A program made the position numbers and the translations under genes. Below the pieces are notes generated by a model that made no database searches, was not told the origin of the DNA, and saw only the letters and a program-made list of their open reading frames with translations. Source: Candidatus Micrarchaeota archaeon CG1_02_47_40 (GTDB taxonomy: Archaea; Micrarchaeota; Micrarchaeia; Anstonellales; CG1-02-47-40). Taken from it: 64,000 nucleotides of DNA. This document shows positions 25,927-33,807 of the stretch, one piece after another (position 1 is the first letter of the stretch; each line of letters opens with the position of its first letter). The stretch lies in NCBI GenBank assembly GCA_001871475.1, contig MNVE01000016.1, positions 197,343-261,342 of the forward strand, written 5' to 3'.

Positions 25927-28434
25927 ATGGGAAAAATAAGAGTGGGAATAATAGGGGTGGGAAACTGTTTTGCAGGCTTGTATCAGGGAATTGAGTATTA
26001 CAGGCGGAATCCTGCAAAAAAGGTAATCGGGATAATGCACGAGAAGATGGGCGGCTATTCCTGCGAGGATTTGGAGTTTGTCTGCGCGTTTGATGTCGGG
26101 GAAAACAAGATAGGCAAGCCCCTGCACGAGGCGGTTTACTGCGAGCCGAACATGGTGCGCTGGCTGGAGGGGATGCCGCAGTCGCAATGTGTGGTTAGGG
26201 AAGCACCGGCGCTGGACGGGGTTGGGATTTGGGTGGCAAATAAAGTGAATCCCATAAAGAGCAAAAAAACTACGGAAGGGCTGAAAAGCGAGATACTGCA
26301 GGAAATTCGCAAAACCAAAACGGAAGTGCTTGTGAATTATCTTCCTGTCGGAAGCCAAAAGGCGACAGAGTTCTGGGCGGATATTGCACTGGAAGCAAAA
26401 TGCGCGTTTGTAAATTGCATGCCCGTATTCATCGCAAGCGGCAATGATGGATGGGGGGAAAAATTCGCAAAAGCAGGAGTGCCGATAATCGGGGATGACA
26501 TAAAGGGGTTGGTGGGCGCAACGATAGTGCACAGGACGCTTGCAAGGCTTTGTGATGAGAGGGGGACAAAGATTGAGAAAACTTATCAGATAAATGTTGG
26601 CGGCAACAGCGTAACCGGCGATCAGGAGATTCTGCTTTGGCACAATGGAAAAATGGTGAAAACAAAAATCGGAGATTTTGTTGACGGGCTTGTGGAAGTA
26701 TACGGACAAAAAAGAGGCGATGGAAAGGAAATTGTTGATTTGCGAACTGCTGGCCAGGATGTCAGATGCTTTACGATTGATGAAAACTTTAATGTCATTC
26801 TAAGCGAGGTTGCGGGGTTGATAAGGCACGGATTGTACGAGGAGCTCTACGAGATAGAAACGAATGAGGGAAGAAAGATAAAGATAACAAAGGACCATAA
26901 TGTTTTCGTGCTTAATGGCAAGGGAACGCTTGAAGAGGTTCCCGTGCGCATGCTGAAAGAAAAGGAGAGCATGATTGCGGTTCCGAAAGAGTTGAAACTG
27001 CCAAAAAGAGAGGAGGCGATGCGGGTAAGCCTTCTGCCGCATCTTAAAGAACTGTTTGCGCGCGGGATTGACACTGATGGAAATGTGATGGTGCATAATC
27101 ATCCGGAGATAAAAATACCTGTGGAATTTCCGATTAATGACGAACTTCTCCAGATTGCGGGGCTTTGGATTGCGGATGGCAACTTTGACAGAGAAGGCTC
27201 TGCCAACATAGAAATTGCGTGCGGCAACGATCCGGAATGCCTGGAATTGCTTGAAAACTTTGCATCGGCATATAACATAAACTGCAAGGTGCGCGGACAG
27301 AAGCAGGTTGCTGTCAGGATAATGTCCAAGACCATGACGAAGATATTCCGCCTCGCGCTTGGGCTTGGAGGCAACTGCTATTCAAAAAGGGCGCCGGAAT
27401 GGGCCTTTGACCTTTCTGAAAGACAGATTGCGCTTTTTCTGAGCGGCTATTTGAGCGGGGATGGATGTGTAACTGGGAAGCAAATAAGATGGACCACGGC
27501 ATCTGAAGGGCTTGCAGAGGACATCCGAACGCTGTTTCTTATGATTGGAATAAATTCCTCTGTTTTTAGGGAGGATTACGCAAACAAAAATGCGAAAGGA
27601 AGTTATAAAACGAATCTGGCTTACATCACTCACGGAATAATTTCCTCGAAGGAGGATATGGAATGTTTCGTTGAAAAGGTAGGTTTCATACAAAAATCAA
27701 AGAATATGGCGGCTTTGGATGCGTCGGCAAAATTGACGCGGGGAAGAACGCACCTTGTGCCTAAAACCGGGCTTCTTGGAAAATGGGGGATTAAATCAAA
27801 GGGATGGAACACCTTCGGCTCGCTTAGGGCGCACGTTATCGCTTCCCAACTGGATAAAATCAAGGATGAAAGAGAACGTGGCAGGATGTTTGCCATTTGC
27901 GAAGGAGGCACGCGCTTTCTGAAAATCAGGAGCATAAAAAAACTGGAAAGAAAGGCACAGCATGTCTATGATTTGAATGTGCCGGAATGCCAGCGTTTCA
28001 TATGCTCAAACATACTCGTTCATAATTCTGATTTTTTAAATATGAAGGAGCAGGAGAGGCTGGAAAGCAAGAAAATATCCAAAACGGAGTCGGTGCAAAG
28101 CCAGCTGAAGCAGAGATTGCCTGACCACGACATTTACGTCGGACCGAGCGATTTCATCCCATTTTTGGGGAATACGAAATTGATGTTCATGAGGATAGAG
28201 GGGCTCATGTGGGCGGAGAGGCCGTACAACATGGAAGTGCGCCTTGAGGTAGATGACAAGGCGAATTCCGCAGGTATTGTTATAGATGCAGTAAGGTGCG
28301 CGAAAATTGCGCTTGAGAGAAAAATTGGAGGCCCGATTGAAGCGGCGAGTGCTTATTTGATGAAGCATCCGCCGAAGCAATATTCTGACCCGCAAGCGAG
28401 GGAAATGCTTGAAGAGTTCATTAAGGGGGGTTGA
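25927..28434 (+). CDS. myo-inositol-1-phosphate synthase (archaeal MIPS) interrupted by an intein
   Basis: The N-extein (227 aa, MGKIRVGIIGVGNCFAGLYQGI...KTYQINVGGN) and the C-extein (135 aa, SDFLNMKEQERLESKKISKTE...) together give a ~362-aa MIPS. The ESKKISK segment corresponds to the catalytic lysine pair. A 473-aa insert separates the two exteins. Confidence 0.85.
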   Translation: MGKIRVGIIGVGNCFAGLYQGIEYYRRNPAKKVIGIMHEKMGGYSCEDLEFVCAFDVGENKIGKPLHEAVYCEPNMVRWLEGMPQSQCVVREAPALDGVGIWVANKVNPIKSKKTTEGLKSEILQEIRKTKTEVLVNYLPVGSQKATEFWADIALEAKCAFVNCMPVFIASGNDGWGEKFAKAGVPIIGDDIKGLVGATIVHRTLARLCDERGTKIEKTYQINVGGNSVTGDQEILLWHNGKMVKTKIGDFVDGLVEVYGQKRGDGKEIVDLRTAGQDVRCFTIDENFNVILSEVAGLIRHGLYEELYEIETNEGRKIKITKDHNVFVLNGKGTLEEVPVRMLKEKESMIAVPKELKLPKREEAMRVSLLPHLKELFARGIDTDGNVMVHNHPEIKIPVEFPINDELLQIAGLWIADGNFDREGSANIEIACGNDPECLELLENFASAYNINCKVRGQKQVAVRIMSKTMTKIFRLALGLGGNCYSKRAPEWAFDLSERQIALFLSGYLSGDGCVTGKQIRWTTASEGLAEDIRTLFLMIGINSSVFREDYANKNAKGSYKTNLAYITHGIISSKEDMECFVEKVGFIQKSKNMAALDASAKLTRGRTHLVPKTGLLGKWGIKSKGWNTFGSLRAHVIASQLDKIKDERERGRMFAICEGGTRFLKIRSIKKLERKAQHVYDLNVPECQRFICSNILVHNSDFLNMKEQERLESKKISKTESVQSQLKQRLPDHDIYVGPSDFIPFLGNTKLMFMRIEGLMWAERPYNMEVRLEVDDKANSAGIVIDAVRCAKIALERKIGGPIEAASAYLMKHPPKQYSDPQAREMLEEFIKGG
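26608..28026 (+). mobile_element. intein (class 1, with LAGLIDADG homing-endonuclease domain) within MIPS
   Basis: Block A is SVTGDQEILLWHNG and block B is ITKDHNV (TxxH). LAGLIDADG motifs are LQIAGLWIADGNF and FLSGYLSGDGCV. The C-terminus is ...ICSNILVHN, followed by a Ser as the +1 residue. Confidence 0.8.
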
Positions 28435-28593
28435 AGCCCTCAAGGGGAACACCGTGCAAGCAGGCTAAGTAAAATTTGTATTTACTCTGCTTTCACGGTG
28501 TTGGGGATGTGCCCCCCTTATGGGAATGAAGCATCCGCCGAAGCAATATTCTGACCCGCAAGCGAGGGAAATGCTTGAAGAGTTCATTAAGGG
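28360..28593 (+). repeat. 68-bp direct duplication of the MIPS 3' end (28360-28427 and 28526-28593) separated by a 98-bp hairpin-containing spacer
   Basis: ATGAAGCATCCGCCGAAGCAATATTCTGACCCGCAAGCGAGGGAAATGCTTGAAGAGTTCATTAAGGG occurs twice. The second copy ends in GGGATGAatc, where a stop codon overlaps the start of the AIPS gene. The spacer holds the inverted repeat AACACCGTG...CACGGTGTT. Confidence 0.8.
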
Positions 28594-29232
28594 ATGAATC
28601 AATTAAGAGATGAGGAAATGTTAAAGGAAATTGCACTTGGCAGAAAGATGTCGGAATGCGCAGGGGAGTTTTTTGCGCGCTTCCCGCTTTCTCCGAACCA
28701 ATGGACGCTTCTGTCCGTGCTTCTTGCGCTTGGCGGTTTTTTTGCTCTTTTGGGAAGGAATGTGACTTTTGCCGCTGCTTTTTTTCTCCTCTCTTTTTTC
28801 TGCGATTTGGTGGATGGCGCGGTAGCAAGAAAAAGGGGGGAAAAAACTAAGTTTGGCGCGTATCTTGACGGGATGTGTGATAGATATGTTGAGTTTTTGC
28901 TTCTTTTTGGGATGCTGTTTTACCCTCTTCCTGCATTTCTCCTGCCGACTTATGCCTGGCTTTTTCTCATTCTCTTTTTCGGAACGTGCATGACTGCCTT
29001 TGCAAAGGCGTATGCAAGCCATAGGGGCGCAATGGAGAGGGAAAAAGTAGATGCGATGAGCAGTGTTTTTCAGAGAAGCGAGAGGGGGTTTGTGCTTTTT
29101 TTGGCGCTTGTGATGCTTGCGTTTGATGCGCAGTTTGCAGTTTATCTTCTTGTGCTTGCCGCAGTTCTCTCAGCAATTGCAGTGGCGCAGATAATTTTGA
29201 AAGTGAAACGGGAAAATGCAGAGAAAGATTAG
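28594..29232 (+). CDS. CDP-alcohol phosphatidyltransferase: archaetidylinositol phosphate synthase (AIPS)
   Basis: Contains the motif D-x2-DG-x2-AR-x8-G-x3-D-x3-D (CDLVDGAVARKRGEKTKFGAYLDGMCDRYVE). Polytopic, and immediately downstream of MIPS as in the archaeal MIPS-AIPS pairs. Confidence 0.8.
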   Translation: MNQLRDEEMLKEIALGRKMSECAGEFFARFPLSPNQWTLLSVLLALGGFFALLGRNVTFAAAFFLLSFFCDLVDGAVARKRGEKTKFGAYLDGMCDRYVEFLLLFGMLFYPLPAFLLPTYAWLFLILFFGTCMTAFAKAYASHRGAMEREKVDAMSSVFQRSERGFVLFLALVMLAFDAQFAVYLLVLAAVLSAIAVAQIILKVKRENAEKD

Positions 29233-29274
29233 CGTGCTTTTTTTGAAAGTGAAATGGGAAAATACAAAAAAAGA

Positions 29275-30567
29275 TTAGCCTGCCTTTTGCCGCAACGCTG
29301 ACCTTCCCTTGGAAGTGATGCGGTAGAATACGAACTTCCTTCCCGGCTTTTCTATTTTCTCAACCAGGCCTGCCTGCACGAGGCGCTCAAGGTGCTCTGC
29401 AATCGTCGCCTTGCTTTTATCAAGCTTTGAGGAGAGGTCTGTAGGTATTTTTTCAACCTCTGAAAGCTCGGAGAGTATCCCCACGCGGGTTTCGTTTGAG
29501 AGCGCCTTGTGCACGTCGTAATCCATCATTTGGGGGCGGAAAAAAATCTGGTATATTATGAGCGCGAATGCACTGAAAAAAACAGCTCCTATGGCAAGCG
29601 CGGCTATTGTGCCGCTGATGAGCGCGGAATCATCTCCGCTCGGTTTTGTTTGGTTGGCATAGCCGCCGGAAGAATCTCCTGTGCCTTCAGGAGGAGTGGC
29701 TGCGCCAGTATTTCCGACTTGCAGTGTGCTGCCTGATTGTTTCATCCCTTCCCCAAGCGTGCCTTGGGTGCTCGTTAGCGCCGCAGTTCCCGTCTGTATT
29801 CCTATCCAGTTTCCATCAGGGCTTGCCTGGTAGGTGGCGCTCGCCCCGCTGCCAAGAGTGCTTTCAAGAACCTGTGCGACAATCTGCGCACTTTCCTGAC
29901 TCATTCCCGAACCGGAAGAACCCTGCGGAGGGGAAGGTGGAAGCTGCGTGCCTGATGTTTGTGATGTGGAAGTGCCACCGGTTGTTTGTGAATCTGATGT
30001 TTGTTCACTTGACGTTCCTTGCGGCGCTTGTGTGGTACCTGCACCCTGCGCTGCCCCTTCAGAACCGCCCGCGTATACTACTATGTCGCTGCCCCCGTCA
30101 AGCATGTCTTTTATAGATTGTATTTCGCTTCTCTCAAGCTTTTCAAATACCCCCCATTTTGAGATTGTTGAAAGCTCTTCTGCAATTGCGATTGTGAGCT
30201 TTTGCCTTGGGGTTCCTTGCGGGTAAGTGATTCTTACGAATCCGCCTTTTTGATTTTTCCCAACTGAAATGAAAACCCCGCTTAAGGAGGCGCTTTCATA
30301 TGCTACGCCGTATTCCCCTATTTCGGGCGCGTAAAGAAGGCTCATTTCCCTGCCGGTTAATTTTTCCGCCAGTGCGAGCTTCTCATCCAGCGCTTCCGGC
30401 GGGAGCCCTTTGAGGGAATCAACGTATGCGCTTAGGGGCTGGTTGAGTTTCCCTCCGAAATAAATTGAAATTTGCGCATTTTGCTGCGTCGCCCCTTCTG
30501 TTTGCTGGGCAAAAAGAAAGGAAAAAAGCAGTGAGAACGTGAATATGAATGCAAGGAATTTTCCCAT
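29275..30567 (-). CDS. membrane-anchored ArsR-family regulator: signal peptide, extracellular domain, Ser/Thr/Gly-rich linker, single TM, cytoplasmic wHTH
   Basis: The N-terminal signal peptide is MGKFLAFIFTFSLLFSFLFAQ. A ~150-aa S/T/G/Q-rich low-complexity tract follows, then the TM helix IAALAIGAVFFSAFALIIYQIFF. The C-terminal ArsR-type HTH is HKALSNETRVGILSEL...IAEHLERLVQAGLV. Confidence 0.55.
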   Translation of the reverse strand: MGKFLAFIFTFSLLFSFLFAQQTEGATQQNAQISIYFGGKLNQPLSAYVDSLKGLPPEALDEKLALAEKLTGREMSLLYAPEIGEYGVAYESASLSGVFISVGKNQKGGFVRITYPQGTPRQKLTIAIAEELSTISKWGVFEKLERSEIQSIKDMLDGGSDIVVYAGGSEGAAQGAGTTQAPQGTSSEQTSDSQTTGGTSTSQTSGTQLPPSPPQGSSGSGMSQESAQIVAQVLESTLGSGASATYQASPDGNWIGIQTGTAALTSTQGTLGEGMKQSGSTLQVGNTGAATPPEGTGDSSGGYANQTKPSGDDSALISGTIAALAIGAVFFSAFALIIYQIFFRPQMMDYDVHKALSNETRVGILSELSEVEKIPTDLSSKLDKSKATIAEHLERLVQAGLVEKIEKPGRKFVFYRITSKGRSALRQKAG

Positions 30568-30632
30568 GTAAAAAGTCTGTTTTTTGTGCTTTATAAACTG
30601 TTCGGGTTTTGTTCGGGAAACGCCATACTATG

Positions 30633-31835
30633 CTAGAGGTTCTCGTCAAGAACTTTGAGGAAAAGAGAAACGTCTGTAACTATCCCTATTGCCTGAGCGC
30701 TTCCCCTGTCTTTAAGCTTCACCACCGCAGCGGGATTTATGTCAACGCAAACCGTGATGGTGGAATCTGTCAGCATGTTGCCCACCCCTATTGAGTGCAG
30801 GGTGCTTGCAAGCATCAGGACAAGCTTCTTGCTCCGCACCGCCTCAAAGTATTTTTTTTGCGCTGCGCGCATGTCTGAAATGACTTCAGGCAGCGGCCCA
30901 TCGTCGCGAAGCGAGCCAGCCAATACATATGGAACGCCCTTCTTTTCGCACTCGTAGAATATGCCCGATTTCAAAACCCCGCTTTCATACGCCTTCTTTA
31001 TTGAGCCTGCGCGGTTTATGGCATTGATTGCGCGGAGGTGGTTGCTGTTCCCCTGCTGCAAAAACTGGCCGCTTTTATGGCACATTCCAAGCGTGGTTCC
31101 GAAAAGCGCCAGCTCAATGTCGTGCACTGCCGCCGCGTTTCCCGCGAGAATGAGGTCGCAGTATCCCTTTCTTATTATGCTTGAGAGGTGCCTGACTCCG
31201 CCCGTGTGGACTGCAACCGGGCCTATTATAAATGCGGTTTTTTCCTTTTTATTTTTCATTTCCTTCAGAAGGGATGCGACTTTTTTTATTTCAAGCTCCG
31301 TGTCCTTTTCGCTTGAAACATCGCTTTCCATGAATGAGAAGTCCGATTTTTGTGACACGCTGCTGGTTTGGGATTCTGCTCTTATGCCTTGTGTGCCAAC
31401 CACCACCATCTCCCCTTTCTTCACCTCGTTCTGCTTTTTGCAGAATGCTTCCCTTCCCCTCACCACTATGAGCTTGTCCATGCACAAATCCTGCACCGCC
31501 ACCCATTCGCCTTCTATGTTCAGAAATGTTTTCAGGTTGGTTGTGGAGTAAAAATCATCGGGTGCCACCTTATCCGCTGTTGCGGGAGAGAGGTGCGCCG
31601 GGGAGGAGAGTGGGAAGGTGGCGCCAAGCGCGCGCGCAGCCTTTGTTATTTTTGCGAGGTTCTCCCCGTCCGCGCTGATTGAAAGAAAAACATCAGAATA
31701 ATCCTCCTTCTTTTTACCTATCTGAACATGCTCTATTGAGAACTCTCCGCCGTGCTCATCCACAATATCAAGCAGTTTTGTAAGAAGCCCGGCGTCTATG
31801 AGATGCCCGGAGAGCTTTATCTTTTCCACAGCCAT
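30633..31835 (-). CDS. TIGR00300/LOR-SDH-like family protein (putative ornithine cyclodeaminase-like enzyme)
   Basis: 400 aa. The N-terminus MAVEKIKLSGHLIDAGLLTKLLDIVDEHGGEF and an internal GPVAVHTGG...ILAGNAAAVHDIE resemble the archaeal TIGR00300 family. The assignment is from memory. Confidence 0.45.
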   Translation of the reverse strand: MAVEKIKLSGHLIDAGLLTKLLDIVDEHGGEFSIEHVQIGKKKEDYSDVFLSISADGENLAKITKAARALGATFPLSSPAHLSPATADKVAPDDFYSTTNLKTFLNIEGEWVAVQDLCMDKLIVVRGREAFCKKQNEVKKGEMVVVGTQGIRAESQTSSVSQKSDFSFMESDVSSEKDTELEIKKVASLLKEMKNKKEKTAFIIGPVAVHTGGVRHLSSIIRKGYCDLILAGNAAAVHDIELALFGTTLGMCHKSGQFLQQGNSNHLRAINAINRAGSIKKAYESGVLKSGIFYECEKKGVPYVLAGSLRDDGPLPEVISDMRAAQKKYFEAVRSKKLVLMLASTLHSIGVGNMLTDSTITVCVDINPAAVVKLKDRGSAQAIGIVTDVSLFLKVLDENL

Positions 31836-31956
31836 ATTTTTCCCAAGCGGTTAATTGGCGCGGGGTAGTATATAAGCATTTTACTGGGAAGGGCAGGGAT
31901 TGCCAATAAGAAGGCGGAGGTAAAAATATTTAAAGCTGGCAGGGATAACTCAAGAC

Positions 31957-32145
31957 ATGGCAGATACAAAAATGAAAGCGCTTATGGCTATAGCGCGCCT
32001 GGTCATTGCGGCAATTGCGGGCGGGATGGTAGGGTACCTCCTTGACCAGAGCGAATGGCCGATGGATATTGTTGTTGGCGGGGGGATAATTTCGTTTGTG
32101 ATGGTATTCCTGCTGCTGACGAAGCTCAATAAAAGCGGGGATTAA
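31957..32145 (+). CDS. hypothetical small membrane protein
   Basis: 62 aa with two hydrophobic helices. Confidence 0.3.
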   Translation: MADTKMKALMAIARLVIAAIAGGMVGYLLDQSEWPMDIVVGGGIISFVMVFLLLTKLNKSGD

Positions 32146-32645
32146 GTTTTCCGCATCTGGCGCAGCATCTTCCTTATCTTCTTCTTCATGCTGATTGTTG
32201 CCTTTACCGCAACCACCCCTTTTTTCGGCTGCCCGTAGAGCACGCAGGAATTTTTTTTTGCAAAAAGGATTGCCGGGAGCGTCAGCAAATCTTCTTCCCC
32301 CTTCACCAAAATCGCGCGTTTCTTTCCCTTCTCAAGCGCGGCTTTTATTGCGCGGAGTGCTTCTGCTGAAATCGTCCCTGCCGTGTTTTTCACGCGCATG
32401 GGAGTTTTGAAATTCCCCTTTAGAAGGGAAATTGCCTTTTTTGCCGCCTTCTTTCTTTGTATGTGAAAATCAAAAACTGCCAAATTCGGCATTATCTTGT
32501 GCTTTAGGAGAAGGGCTGCCGTAGCATCCCCTACTGCCGCAATCGTCTTCTGCCTCCTTGCAAATTCAATGATAGTGCTGCCCCTCAGCAGTTTTCCAAG
32601 AGGTTTTTTCAGCATTTTTCGCAACGAGGGGGTGAGTTTTAGCAT
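32142..32645 (-). CDS. DUF359 protein, GTP-dependent dephospho-CoA kinase-like
   Basis: IAAVGDATAALLLKHKIMPNLAVFDFHIQRKK matches the DUF359 core (VGD...D.K.KR). 167 aa. Confidence 0.5.
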   Translation of the reverse strand: MLKLTPSLRKMLKKPLGKLLRGSTIIEFARRQKTIAAVGDATAALLLKHKIMPNLAVFDFHIQRKKAAKKAISLLKGNFKTPMRVKNTAGTISAEALRAIKAALEKGKKRAILVKGEEDLLTLPAILFAKKNSCVLYGQPKKGVVAVKATISMKKKIRKMLRQMRKT

Positions 32646-32766
32646 AAGGGAAGAGTAAGGGGGGGTAAATTAAAAGAATGCCTTTTTTAGGAATTTCGGA
32701 AAAAATGCGCGATAATTTTGTAAAAACGCAAAAGTATTTATAGTTTGGAGGGTAAATTACAAAAAT

Positions 32767-33807
32767 ATGGGGGAAAATAAGCTTGACGCGCTTGACAAGA
32801 GAATACTTTACGAGTTGGATGTTGATTCGCGCCAGCCGCTCTCGCGGCTTGCAAAAAAGATGCGCATGTCGGCGCAGAGGCTGGATTACCGGCTGAAGGT
32901 GCTTGAGAAAAGCGGGGTAATCATAAATTACTTCACCGTTATCGATTATCGGAAGCTTGGGCACTATCATTATTACGTGTACAACCTGCGCATCTACGGG
33001 CTTGGAACGACGGAGGAGGATGAGATGCTCAAAAAGCTGTCCGAGGTGCCGGAATGCACCCTCATTTTCAGGTGCGAAGGAAGATGGGACCTTCTTATCG
33101 GAACGGTTGCGAAAAGCGTTTTTGAGGCAAAGGAGAATTTCTCCCGATTCCTTGCGCCGTTCCGGGGGAAGATAGATGAAGGGACGACAATCATGCACAT
33201 AGGTGCGTACCATTACGGAAGCCGTTATCTGGTTGAGGGAGAATATAAGGAAGGCATGATTCGGACAAAATCCGAAAAGAAGGAGGAAAAATACGGGCTT
33301 ACAGGAGGGAGGATGGAGCCTGCCGACAGCGACGAGCTTGATGTGAAGATACTTAGGATACTCTCTTCAAACGCCCGCATGCCGACCATTGAGATTGCAA
33401 AGGCAGTTAATTCAACTCCTGAAACAGTTTCATACAGGATACGGGAGATGGAAAAGAAGGGAGTCATAAGATTCCACAGTGTGAATTTGAAGCACGGGCG
33501 CTACGGGCATAGCTATCACCGGATATATGTCAAGGTTGACAGGGGCTTTGTGAATGAGGAGGAGCTGATAGAATATATGAAGAGGTTTCCGAACCTGATA
33601 AGGCTCAATTTTCTTTTTGGCACCTATGACTTTTTGATTGACCTCGTGGTTGAGTCTGACGAGAAATTGAGGCTGATTTTCTCAACTATGAGGGAACATT
33701 ACAAGAACACGAATATGAGATTTGAGCCGTGCAGGATTTATACCAACTACAAGTTTGCCTATTTCCCGACGGATATGTTCATTGCGGGGAAGGCGAAAAA
33801 TCAGTAA
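32767..33807 (+). CDS. tandem Lrp/AsnC-type regulator (two HTH_AsnC plus RAM modules fused)
   Basis: Two repeats of LD..D..IL..L..D.R........L... are found (residues 8-60 and ~190-240). Each is followed by a putative ligand-binding RAM-like region. Confidence 0.6.
   Translation: MGENKLDALDKRILYELDVDSRQPLSRLAKKMRMSAQRLDYRLKVLEKSGVIINYFTVIDYRKLGHYHYYVYNLRIYGLGTTEEDEMLKKLSEVPECTLIFRCEGRWDLLIGTVAKSVFEAKENFSRFLAPFRGKIDEGTTIMHIGAYHYGSRYLVEGEYKEGMIRTKSEKKEEKYGLTGGRMEPADSDELDVKILRILSSNARMPTIEIAKAVNSTPETVSYRIREMEKKGVIRFHSVNLKHGRYGHSYHRIYVKVDRGFVNEEELIEYMKRFPNLIRLNFLFGTYDFLIDLVVESDEKLRLIFSTMREHYKNTNMRFEPCRIYTNYKFAYFPTDMFIAGKAKNQ

Noticed and set aside
28493-28828. 111-aa minus-strand ORF spanning the MIPS 3' duplication and the AIPS start
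   Set aside because: Antisense to the AIPS start and the duplicated repeat, with a basic low-complexity translation.
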